Origin: an uncultured virus (IMG/VR IMGVR_UViG_3300037424_001446)
Taxonomy: Duplodnaviria; Heunggongvirae; Uroviricota; Caudoviricetes
IMG/VR virus record: IMGVR_UViG_3300037424_001446
Length of the DNA: 64,000 nucleotides
Reading direction: 5' to 3' (one strand)
Positions 38,641 to 47,881 of the stretch are shown here, in pieces. Under the pieces are notes generated by a model. The model was not told the origin of the DNA. It saw only the letters and a program-made list of their open reading frames with translations, and ran no database searches. Position 1 is the first letter of the stretch; every line of letters begins with the position of its first letter. Position numbers and translations under genes: made by a program.

Positions 38641-41600
38641 TGCTGAACTCCCGCGAACAATCCAACCTGGCCGGCTGGGATCAGCTCTTCAACGTCCGTG
38701 GTTAACAGGCTGTTTAGAAGATCATCCGGGCTGATATCGATATTCCCGAAAACGCTGGAAGTAACCTGTTTCGGATTGGGCGCCTGAGCAACCAGGTTGG
38801 CATATTTCCGGAAAAACTCCCGGAGCGTTTTGGGCTTCCTGGCAATCGAATCGAATTTCTTCAATAAAGACAATTGGCGATTATTCAACTCTTTGCCAAA
38901 CATCTGTATTTGAGAGAGATAATCCGGAACAGGGATTCCCTGTTCTTTCAGCCTGGCCAGCATATCAATCGCTTTGGCGAAATCTCTTGCCAGGCTGAGA
39001 GCTGGTTTTCTTTGCCCGGATCCGATCAGCCATTCCGCTTTGGCCATTTGCGGCAGGCTCGCGCTCATGGCGTTTTCGAAATTCTTAATTCCGGGGTCCA
39101 GGCTTTCAAGGTAAGTATCTGCCAGCCTTTGGCCGGCTTCCCCTGGAAATACCCGGCTGAATACAGCCGCCTTGATCCTCCAAAGCCCCATCCGATTCAA
39201 ACTGCCATCCCCGCGCAGGAGCGCGGCCCGCTCATTCTCGGGAAGCGATCCAACGAATGATTGAACGAACGCGGTATTATTCTGGCTTCGCAAGGCCGAC
39301 TCAATAGTTTGATCTTCTTCAACCTTGAAGCTGGATAGGGATTTATCGTCAATGATCTTTACATCCGCCAGGGCTTGCTCAAGCGGGCTCATATCCAGCG
39401 TGGTTCGCTGATTGGTTTCGGCAGCAAATTTGGCCCGGTCAGGAACATCCGTTACCCGTTCCCGTACCAATACCGGAGCTTTCATCCCCTTGATATCTTC
39501 TTCTGTCATGCCGTAATCGTCTAAGCGGTCTTTCAGGGCACCCTGATATTTATCCCATTGCTCAGGGAACTCTTTTCGAGCTTTATCTAACGCCAGGGTG
39601 CGCCCATTGCCGGCCTCTACCATGTTATCCGCGCCAACGATCATGGGCCCTTCGTCCAGCTTATGGAAATCGGTAAGCAATCGATCCGGGTTTAGATCCG
39701 ATGCAATTGTATTGATCTGGCCTTCTGAAGCCTGCCGGCTGCGAATCCGTGGTTGAAGGGCCTGATCATAATCCGGGTTGATTTCACCACTCGGGGAATT
39801 GGAGGTTACCATATCATCCAATTCCATAAGTCGATATTTGAACTCATAAATCTTGTGGGCATCGGTGCCATAAGCAACCGCCGTGCCTCCGTAAGCTGTT
39901 GGACCAGGCGCCTTTTCGCCGCCTTCTTTTTTCTGTTTGTCCAACTCTTTACGGGCATTCAATCTTTCTTTGGCGATCTGATTATCGATTCCGGAAGCGA
40001 CCCATCCAACCTGGCGTGATTTTTTATCTACGGATTCCTGAAGGTCTGAAAGAGCATGCAACTTCTCTTTCGGGTCTTTTATAGTTTTATTGATATTGCG
40101 GATCCGGTTTTTAGTTTCAACCAGAGCATCATAAATATCGCCAGGGATTTCCCCGCGCCCGCGAGCTCGCTTCTTATATTCCTGCCATTCGGCTGATCCT
40201 TGCCCGGAGATCCGGCGCGCCTGCCCCATGCTTTGGCGCCCATATCGCCAGCCGTGGCGTTCCTGAGGGTGCTGCCCCGCCAGGTGCTTGATCCGGAATG
40301 CCGGCAGGCCCGATATAAAACGGCGTGTTCCTTTCCTTGGAGCATCCAGCCTTTCAAGAAAATCTTTCACGGATTTGACTACCTGCCATTTCATAATATC
40401 TGCCATGCCGGGCATATCCAACCGCAATTGATCATTGGCTTCCAACTGTTCAATAAATGGCGCCCGCTCCGCCGATAGATCGTTGATCTGCTTGTAGATT
40501 TTCCCTAAGCGCGCCCAACCGGAATCCGGATGCATTTGAACTTCCCGCTTATAATCATCGATCAGGCCCATGATTTTATCGTTATAGTCCGTTACCCGTT
40601 TCCTGGCCTGCGATATCTTCCAATCATGCCATGGATCGGTTTTCGCCTCCTGAAGGATCGGCTTTTCTCGCTCTTCCCAAAACGCTTCCCTTGCCTCGGG
40701 GGTCGCATTCAAAAGCTGTTTCCGCAACCAGGCTTCCTGAGGGGATACAGCTTCTTCAACTGGCTTTTGCCCTCCAAACAGCCCAAATTGAGGGGCCGGG
40801 CCTTCTCTCTTGGGAGGGGTGCTCGCGCTTGCCGGCTTTTGGCCACCAAACATGCTGGTTTGCCCTTCCCCTCCGCCTCCCCCTCCGCCCTTATCGGGTC
40901 CCATCATAGCCTGGGCCCAAATCCCGTGGCTGGCCTGATCGTGCGCGCCAGGAAGATGCTTATTCCGGCTGCCGCGCCCATGCCAGCCTTTTGACCGGCT
41001 CTTCTCTTCCGCTACCTCAGCTTCCAATAGGATCTGGCCAGTAGTTTTATTTTTGAATTGGAAATTTAGATCCTTCAAGAATTGATCCGGATCGATCCCA
41101 TATACTTTGGCATATTTGGCGAACTGCTTTTGCCCTAGATCCAATATTCTCTGAAGCCGATCCGCCTGAGCATTGCGGCCCAATACTACCTTTAGATGAT
41201 CACCCGCCCATTGGAAGCGTAAGATATTTCCGCCCAGCATCCCCAGCACAAATTTTGGAGTAACCGGGGTCAATTCGTTTGCAGCCCGATTGAGAGATTC
41301 CTTGAAGCGATCCGAGAAACCGGATTTGGCAATATTCTGACTCATCTGGCTTTGAGCGGTTTTCAGGTCGATTTTCTTCTGCCCCAAATTTTCAATGACA
41401 GAAATATTGTCGGGTATCAGGCGCAAAACCGGGGGGAGCTTTTCTTTTTGGAACAGGGCTAAATTATCAGCAACTCTTACCGCGGTGCCCTTCAGGTCGT
41501 TTTCCCAATCGATACTGGTTTCGAAATGGGTAGATATCATGTGGCCAATATCGGAGGCCTCCCGATCACCCATCGCTTTCTCAATCAACGGGCGAATATT

Positions 41601-42404
41601 TTTATCGTAATGTTGGGTAGACCATCTAGGATGCTGTTCATCCAAAAAATTCCGGCTGGGGGGCGCCATGTATCCGGTATCATGGAAGATCTGAGCGACT
41701 ACCATGCCGGCCATTTCGCCCGGGTCATCCGCGCCAGGATGTTGCTGTAAAATCTCGCTGGCGAAATTGATGTTCCCGGAAATATGTGCAATCCCATGAT
41801 CACCCAACACGCGGCCGGCGCTTTCATAATCCTGAGCTGCCAGGGCATCAATGGCCTCCATTGCTATTTCATGCCGATATGCCGGCTTTACGCCTGCCAT
41901 GGATAGAAGGTCATCCAACCCCGTTGAAATGATGCGGATTTCATCCGTGGTGGTAGTCGGTATAAGATCCCCAATTTGGCTCAGCCGCTTATCGATCGAT
42001 ATTTTTACGTCATTTTTATTGAGATTTGGGCGGGCGCCGGCATCCTTAAGCAACTCGTTTTGATAAGCTGGAATAGATTTGGTTGGATCCGCCTGGGTAT
42101 CCTGATCTTTAGCCGAAAGAGCGTTCCAGGCATCCCGCTTCTCCTGAAACCCCATCGCGTTCCATTTATCGGCATCGAACTTGGTTTCGTATTCTCCCCC
42201 TTGCGCCCAACTACCATGCGCCCTTTGATCGTGCTGGCCTTCAAGGTGCTTTTCCTTTTTAGGGGCCTCAGATGCATATAGGGCGCGCATCTGAACGGAT
42301 GCGCGCCATTTCGGCAATGGCTTATCGCTGTATTTTTTACCTTTATCATCCACCACGAAATACTTATCTTCGCCTGCGGATTGCAACTGCCAGGGCATGG
42401 CCAT
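38637..42404 (-). CDS. Polyvalent protein: HD domain + unknown module + ddrB-ParB domain; 3 tag motifs
   Basis: DHGIAH...FHDTGY...H...H...ADN; LQPRIRSR...GPMIV...VEAGNGRTLAL. Confidence 0.85.
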   Translation of the reverse strand: MAMPWQLQSAGEDKYFVVDDKGKKYSDKPLPKWRASVQMRALYASEAPKKEKHLEGQHDQRAHGSWAQGGEYETKFDADKWNAMGFQEKRDAWNALSAKDQDTQADPTKSIPAYQNELLKDAGARPNLNKNDVKISIDKRLSQIGDLIPTTTTDEIRIISTGLDDLLSMAGVKPAYRHEIAMEAIDALAAQDYESAGRVLGDHGIAHISGNINFASEILQQHPGADDPGEMAGMVVAQIFHDTGYMAPPSRNFLDEQHPRWSTQHYDKNIRPLIEKAMGDREASDIGHMISTHFETSIDWENDLKGTAVRVADNLALFQKEKLPPVLRLIPDNISVIENLGQKKIDLKTAQSQMSQNIAKSGFSDRFKESLNRAANELTPVTPKFVLGMLGGNILRFQWAGDHLKVVLGRNAQADRLQRILDLGQKQFAKYAKVYGIDPDQFLKDLNFQFKNKTTGQILLEAEVAEEKSRSKGWHGRGSRNKHLPGAHDQASHGIWAQAMMGPDKGGGGGGGEGQTSMFGGQKPASASTPPKREGPAPQFGLFGGQKPVEEAVSPQEAWLRKQLLNATPEAREAFWEEREKPILQEAKTDPWHDWKISQARKRVTDYNDKIMGLIDDYKREVQMHPDSGWARLGKIYKQINDLSAERAPFIEQLEANDQLRLDMPGMADIMKWQVVKSVKDFLERLDAPRKGTRRFISGLPAFRIKHLAGQHPQERHGWRYGRQSMGQARRISGQGSAEWQEYKKRARGRGEIPGDIYDALVETKNRIRNINKTIKDPKEKLHALSDLQESVDKKSRQVGWVASGIDNQIAKERLNARKELDKQKKEGGEKAPGPTAYGGTAVAYGTDAHKIYEFKYRLMELDDMVTSNSPSGEINPDYDQALQPRIRSRQASEGQINTIASDLNPDRLLTDFHKLDEGPMIVGADNMVEAGNGRTLALDKARKEFPEQWDKYQGALKDRLDDYGMTEEDIKGMKAPVLVRERVTDVPDRAKFAAETNQRTTLDMSPLEQALADVKIIDDKSLSSFKVEEDQTIESALRSQNNTAFVQSFVGSLPENERAALLRGDGSLNRMGLWRIKAAVFSRVFPGEAGQRLADTYLESLDPGIKNFENAMSASLPQMAKAEWLIGSGQRKPALSLARDFAKAIDMLARLKEQGIPVPDYLSQIQMFGKELNNRQLSLLKKFDSIARKPKTLREFFRKYANLVAQAPNPKQVTSSVFGNIDISPDDLLNSLLTTDVEELIPAGQVGLFAGVQQ

Positions 42405-42409
42405 CCTCC

Positions 42410-42516
42410 AAAAACAAACCTCCGCGCCAATACTGGCGCGGAGGTCAAATTCCGCGGTACCACGGGTATCTTACCCCGCGGTGACCAATTCAAATTATTT
42501 TGTGCTTATTATAGCA
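42410..42516 (-). promoter_or_regulatory. Promoter plus structured leader/terminator, copy B
   Basis: Same architecture as copy A; identical 20 nt core ccgcgccaatactggcgcgg. Confidence 0.75.
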
Positions 42517-42522
42517 TAATTA

Positions 42523-42777
42523 TTATTCTGCCTGATACACGGGAAACCAGGTAGGGCGGCAGCCACAATTAAGACACAAAACCCGAACTTTCATAGAAAT
42601 AGCAAAATTGCCGGCAAATAAGAATTGGCCATTGGTGGGCGCCAGGGGAGCCTTACAGCGCGGGCAATGCCAATCCGTGATGATCAAACCTGGCGAACTT
42701 GCCAGCTTCAACCCCGGTTGTGTGACACTTCCGAATCTATCGCCCGTTGAAGGACTTGGGGTAGCTCTTTCTTCCAT
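42523..42777 (-). CDS. Zn-ribbon protein
   Basis: CPRC...CLNC; start uncertain. Confidence 0.55.
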   Translation of the reverse strand: MEERATPSPSTGDRFGSVTQPGLKLASSPGLIITDWHCPRCKAPLAPTNGQFLFAGNFAISMKVRVLCLNCGCRPTWFPVYQAE

Positions 42778-43166
42778 TTTTCCTGTATTGTTTCCGCGAA
42801 CTCCCGGGCCTTAATGCCTGGCCGCGGATGCTTCTTGCTAATGTAAGCCATACCACCCCGCCCCTTAAAGGATGCAATCTTTCCGACCGCGGTTTTCGCG
42901 CTGAAACCCGGTGTCATGGTTGCATACCGAACGCGTGTCCCTCCGGAAACAAACTTATAGATCTTATTGAGCGTATAAATATATCGCTCGAACTTGCCCG
43001 CCTTGATAACGAACTCAGGCCGGCCCTCCCAGGTTTGGGTAGTGACATTGAAATCTACCTGAACGCCCAGAGCAGCCGCATTTAGACCGTTATCAATCGC
43101 CCGGGTGAGCCGTTTAGGATCCGCAACCAAAGATTTTGGAACAAACACTTTCATTTGAATTTTCAA
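42708..43166 (-). CDS. HK97 gp10-like neck/head-completion protein
   Basis: Basic; YKFVSGGTR...HPRPGIKAREF. Confidence 0.7.
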   Translation of the reverse strand: MKIQMKVFVPKSLVADPKRLTRAIDNGLNAAALGVQVDFNVTTQTWEGRPEFVIKAGKFERYIYTLNKIYKFVSGGTRVRYATMTPGFSAKTAVGKIASFKGRGGMAYISKKHPRPGIKAREFAETIQEKWKKELPQVLQRAIDSEVSHNRG

Positions 43167-43408
43167 TAAATAACCCCCGGTTCCGATTCGATTTCATAGG
43201 GTCCTATCTCCCCGCTCAGCCACTTTTGGGCTTCTTCAGCCATCGCAAGATCTAGGCTCGGGGTGTATCCTTCGGGCACCCAACCATCAAAGATGATTTC
43301 CAGCATTTCCTGAGCCTCATCTGAGGCTTCCCATTCGCCCGCCTGGAAACTGATCACCATACCATTTTTCATGGTCAAAACTGCCGGCTTAATCGTTTTC
43401 TCGCTCAT
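43163..43408 (-). CDS. Small acidic protein, possible partner or immunity protein
   Basis: 81 aa, ATGA-coupled to the upstream peptidase gene. Confidence 0.65.
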   Translation of the reverse strand: MSEKTIKPAVLTMKNGMVISFQAGEWEASDEAQEMLEIIFDGWVPEGYTPSLDLAMAEEAQKWLSGEIGPYEIESEPGVIY

Positions 43409-45498
43409 TCTGGTATCCCTTGTACGATCGATAAAACTAAATCAAACATTTCCGGATCCCCCGTGGCCAGCTTATAAGGATTGTTGAACAAATACTCCAA
43501 TCCCATGCTTATAATTTCCGTGGCGCCATCCTGATATATTTTACCAATATATCCCTCAATAAACTTATCCTTGATGATCAGCTCAGTATCACGGCCCTTA
43601 TATTCAGTGATCTTTTTGCCGGCTGTTCGTTTCTCAAGAAAGTTTTTGGCCCGCCCCCAAAGATTATTGGAATGATTCTCAATCCAATGGCCCAACTCAT
43701 GGGCCAATTGGCCGCGGATCAATTTCGCATTTCTAACATTATAGGGGCTTACATTGGTAATGTGAAGAGCATCCCCCTTGGTCGAATAATAAGCGCGGCC
43801 GGCAGGCGATTCGCCTACTCGGATATCGGAGCTTCCATATACAGCCGCGATTTTACCGATTTCATTCAATTCGGATTCGATAAATCCCCGGGTGTAATCG
43901 CTTAGGTCCTGGCTGTAATCATGTTCCCCCTCAACCACCTTCAGATTTATATGCCCGCCAGATATATCCACCTGATCAATGTACTTACCGCGAAATTTGT
44001 AAACTGGATTGAACGTGGCCGGCGTTTCGGCTTCCAATTCCTGGCGGGCCTCATCTTCCAGCTTGTTTATGCGTTTCTGAAGTTTCGTGCGCTCTCTCTT
44101 GTGGGCGCGCAATTCATGTTGTAAATCCCAAAATTCTCTGTGATATCCCCGGCCCAGCCTTTCCCGGGTTTCTCTTGCCTGTTTCGCCATTGCCCGGGTT
44201 TTGGCATCCATGGCAGCCAATTGATCATATTCGGGCTTCAGCTTGCTAACAAATGATTCTCGAACTCCCGAGGCGGTCCGGCCTGACGATGAGGCCCGCG
44301 CGGCCCGTTCGTTCCTGATCGCCCGCTCAAATAATGGGATATCCTCCGCGGCATCCCCATCCGGAGCATACCGATCTTGCCCGCCCCTTGCCCAACTCCC
44401 GTGGCTGGATTGGTCATGCTGGCCAGGAAGATGCTTTTCCCGGGTGCCGGCCTCCGGGATATCTTGGACAATCGATAAAACCAGATCAAACATTTCCGGA
44501 TCTTCAAGCGCCAATTTCTGAGGGGCAGTAAATAAATAGGCCAATCCCGTGCTTAATATTTCGGTAAATTTTGAGCCTGGATAAAACTTAGAGGTGTAAC
44601 TGCTAATAAAATTACCCCCATAATAGCTTTCTCCCGTAAAAGGATCTTGGCTAATCTTACCATCTGAGCGGCCTATCAGAAAATGATAAGATCGCTCCAT
44701 TGCCTCAGGCACATTGAATTCGATCCAATGGCCCAACTCATGGGCGATGTGTTTGGCCATCAAATCTTTGCTCAGCCCATCCTGATCATGCTCCAATTTC
44801 AAGGCGCTTACATGGATCGCATTATCGCCCGGATCAAAGCGAGGCCGGCCATGGGATGGGAAAATCGTAATTTTAGCGTCCTTCAAAATGGGCGCCATGG
44901 CGCCAATCTCGGGTAGGATCTGATCATTGATATAACTCTTGGTGTATTCCGTGAAATCATTCCAGCCCTCTTCCTCAGTCCATTCCCTCCCGAATTCGGC
45001 TGTTGGATTGGCCGGCTGATCGGATTTGATTACCTCCCTGGCGGCATCCGTTAAATCCCACCACTTTGCTTTTTCGGCATCGTGTTCCTTTTTTGCTTTT
45101 TCCAGGGCCTCAGAAACCTCAAAGCTGGATTTATCCCAATTCATATAAGCCTGGCGATATGCCGATTGCAATTGGTCTAATTTGCTCTTGGATTTTCTAT
45201 ATTCAGCGTAAGAGCCTTCTAATAAAGAAAAGATTTTCTCGCGCGCCTGCGCTGAATTTGCATTGCCGGCAGCCGGCCCGCCTGAAGCCCAACTCCCATG
45301 GCTGGATTGATCGTGCTGGCCAGGAAGATGCTTTTGAGCATCCCCGCCAATCTCTTCAACAATTACATCCGATTCGAAGAGCCCCTGAGCAATCCCAACA
45401 TACAAAAGGATTGCATCTGAGCCCCACCTGGTATTTTCTTTCAACCAGTTTACGGCCTCATCATAAGGCATGGCAGCAATATCGATTATTTGATCCAT
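43405..45498 (-). CDS. Double HExxH metallopeptidase-like protein; 2 tag motifs
   Basis: AHELGHWIE twice, each followed by TEI[LI]S.GL.YLF and DPEMFDLVLSIVQ. Confidence 0.88.
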   Translation of the reverse strand: MDQIIDIAAMPYDEAVNWLKENTRWGSDAILLYVGIAQGLFESDVIVEEIGGDAQKHLPGQHDQSSHGSWASGGPAAGNANSAQAREKIFSLLEGSYAEYRKSKSKLDQLQSAYRQAYMNWDKSSFEVSEALEKAKKEHDAEKAKWWDLTDAAREVIKSDQPANPTAEFGREWTEEEGWNDFTEYTKSYINDQILPEIGAMAPILKDAKITIFPSHGRPRFDPGDNAIHVSALKLEHDQDGLSKDLMAKHIAHELGHWIEFNVPEAMERSYHFLIGRSDGKISQDPFTGESYYGGNFISSYTSKFYPGSKFTEILSTGLAYLFTAPQKLALEDPEMFDLVLSIVQDIPEAGTREKHLPGQHDQSSHGSWARGGQDRYAPDGDAAEDIPLFERAIRNERAARASSSGRTASGVRESFVSKLKPEYDQLAAMDAKTRAMAKQARETRERLGRGYHREFWDLQHELRAHKRERTKLQKRINKLEDEARQELEAETPATFNPVYKFRGKYIDQVDISGGHINLKVVEGEHDYSQDLSDYTRGFIESELNEIGKIAAVYGSSDIRVGESPAGRAYYSTKGDALHITNVSPYNVRNAKLIRGQLAHELGHWIENHSNNLWGRAKNFLEKRTAGKKITEYKGRDTELIIKDKFIEGYIGKIYQDGATEIISMGLEYLFNNPYKLATGDPEMFDLVLSIVQGIPE

Positions 45499-46562
45499 CC
45501 CAATACCCTTAGATAGTTATCCATAGCATCCGCAATCGGTTCAAAATCGTTATCATCCCAATCGTAAGGAAAGCCGGCTGTGATATTAAACCCATTTGGG
45601 CTGATAAAATCGGTGCTCAGCGTGGGCCGGCTCCGAGCAGCATTTAACTCCGCCAAAAGGGCCGGATGGCCTGACCGGAGCGCAACATATTGGGCATACG
45701 CCCGCGCAAATATTTCGGCGGGCTTCCGTAAATAGACCACAAACTTTTTATCCAGGGCAAACCGTAATTTTTCCCCCTTCGAATTTGTTCCTACTAAACT
45801 GCTGGGGGAGCGAATCATTTTCGTGAGCGTTTGATAAGATTTACTCTCATATATGGCTTCATACAGAGCCTTACCTGCCCGCCTGACCTCGCTGGGGATT
45901 TCTACCTTTACCATCGAATCTTCATAATTCAAAGCGTTATTAATGTAATCGAAGGTTTCAACGGCATTTCCCAGGCCGCGATGGTCTATAAAATGCCCAA
46001 TTTCGTGAACCGTATTCATCAAAGGATAGTCAGCATCTTCTTTAACTCTGATAACACTTTCGAGAATTTCTTGATGACCATCCGGAAACGTTTTCCTTTT
46101 GTAATGATAGGTTCCGGAAGATAGTTTAGCGCCCGATGGAACGATTTTTATAACTGGCAACTCCCCATCCCCATTAACCCTATCGATTGCCGATATCGCT
46201 TCCCTAACTATTTGTTCGTGGCCGGCCTTCAAACCATTGATTCTCAGCTTGTCACTGATCTTGGACCCGTTTGGTTGATGATACGAGGGGGGAGCAACCT
46301 GAAAATCATCAAAACTGACTTGCCCGGCTGTAACTACTGGCCGCGCCTGGCGGTAAGGATGCGATTGGCCCTCCACATCCCCGCCCGTGGCCCAACTCCC
46401 GTGGCTGGCCTGATCGTGCTGGCCAGGAAGATGCTTCTCCCGGGTGCCGGATTTCAGGGCGGCGTGAGCTGCCAGGTCTTGTTTTTGATAATCCCCAATT
46501 GTTTTGATCCAATCCGCATTCAGATCGGATCCGGTTGCATCGATCACTACTTTTTTATTCAT
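45486..46562 (-). CDS. HExxH metallopeptidase-like protein; 1 tag motif
   Basis: VHEIGHFID...EIFARAYAQY; likely start MNKK. Confidence 0.85.
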   Translation of the reverse strand: MNKKVVIDATGSDLNADWIKTIGDYQKQDLAAHAALKSGTREKHLPGQHDQASHGSWATGGDVEGQSHPYRQARPVVTAGQVSFDDFQVAPPSYHQPNGSKISDKLRINGLKAGHEQIVREAISAIDRVNGDGELPVIKIVPSGAKLSSGTYHYKRKTFPDGHQEILESVIRVKEDADYPLMNTVHEIGHFIDHRGLGNAVETFDYINNALNYEDSMVKVEIPSEVRRAGKALYEAIYESKSYQTLTKMIRSPSSLVGTNSKGEKLRFALDKKFVVYLRKPAEIFARAYAQYVALRSGHPALLAELNAARSRPTLSTDFISPNGFNITAGFPYDWDDNDFEPIADAMDNYLRVLGWIK

Positions 46563-46585
46563 GGAATATCCCTGCCACAAGAGTA

Positions 46586-47881
46586 TTATAAAACCGGATA
46601 ATCCGTATATGGATCACGCTGATAAACCACCCCAACCTCATCGGGCGATTTCCCATTGTAAACAACCACTTCGAACTCTTCCAGGCATCCAAAACCGGAT
46701 CTGGCGGTACAAAATATTCTTTCTACCGGAATAGTCATTCCCAATATATAAGCATAATTATCCCTTTTCTGGCCAAATCTGCCGGCCACTCCAAAGCGCA
46801 GGGTCCAGCTTTCCATAAAATTCTGAGTAAGATCTGCAATATCCCCAACCTTGAGGGGTAATGAATCTTCAAACCCTACCCCGCGATAAACGATCAATTC
46901 TTTTATGCCGGCTTGTCGAAACTTATCCTGTGTCCAATTATACAATTCCTTGAAGATAGCGCGGTATGCTTCTCGCTCCGTTCTAAATTTAGCACCAGGC
47001 TTGGGGCGCCCATATTTATCCTGGAATGGGGATTGACTGTTTTCGTTCAACTCCAGATCCCCAGCCGGCGCCTGGTTCCGCAATTGGACCATATTGGCGC
47101 CCAGGTCAGAATAATCACTCCACAAAGAGGATACCTGGTTGTTTATCTTTTGCGCATCTTGCGGATCCTTAGAATATTTTGCCGCATTTTCCATTCGCTC
47201 AATATCGGATCGGATTTCTTTCCGCTTATTCTCTAGCCCCTCAAACTCTTTGATAACTTCCGGATGGCTCATATTCCAATCGATCTGATTCTGGCGCCCC
47301 TCCGCAACAATTCTAAGCCGCTCAGCTTGCCAATCTGATAGCTCTTGACCCATCAACTCAGCCGCATATTTTTGGGCAATCAAAGAAGCATAATGCATAT
47401 CATTGGCTGATTGCGCCCAATTTCCGATAACTTGATTCGCCTCATCGTAATCCACGCCGGCTTTTTCAGATATTCTGGTAACAATTTCATCCTTTTGCCG
47501 CTTGATTTCCCCCTCATCAAAAACGGCTGAATAGGCGCTTATATTCATAAGGGCATCGCCCAATTCCCGGTTTTTGCTGAACTGTAAGAAATCTTGATTG
47601 AAACCTTTGGATGGTGAGTTTTGAGGCATCTCATTGACAAACCAGCTCAAACCCTCTATTGATTCACGGGTCTTATTATTCAAAACCGGCCCGGCTGCCT
47701 TCCTCCATTTCGCCCAATTGCCATGGCTGGATTGATCGTGCTGGCCTGCCAGGTGCTTCTCTCGGGTGCCGGCGTCTGAAGCTGGGTAAGCCGCCAGGTC
47801 TTTCATTTGATAATCCCCCACTTTTTTGATCCAATCCGCGTTGATATCGGATCCGGTTGCATCGATTTTTATTTTCTTCAT
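46586..47881 (-). CDS. R-S-E class ADP-ribosyltransferase; 1 tag motif
   Basis: VYRGV, ESWT, EFEV. Confidence 0.85.
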   Translation of the reverse strand: MKKIKIDATGSDINADWIKKVGDYQMKDLAAYPASDAGTREKHLAGQHDQSSHGNWAKWRKAAGPVLNNKTRESIEGLSWFVNEMPQNSPSKGFNQDFLQFSKNRELGDALMNISAYSAVFDEGEIKRQKDEIVTRISEKAGVDYDEANQVIGNWAQSANDMHYASLIAQKYAAELMGQELSDWQAERLRIVAEGRQNQIDWNMSHPEVIKEFEGLENKRKEIRSDIERMENAAKYSKDPQDAQKINNQVSSLWSDYSDLGANMVQLRNQAPAGDLELNENSQSPFQDKYGRPKPGAKFRTEREAYRAIFKELYNWTQDKFRQAGIKELIVYRGVGFEDSLPLKVGDIADLTQNFMESWTLRFGVAGRFGQKRDNYAYILGMTIPVERIFCTARSGFGCLEEFEVVVYNGKSPDEVGVVYQRDPYTDYPVL

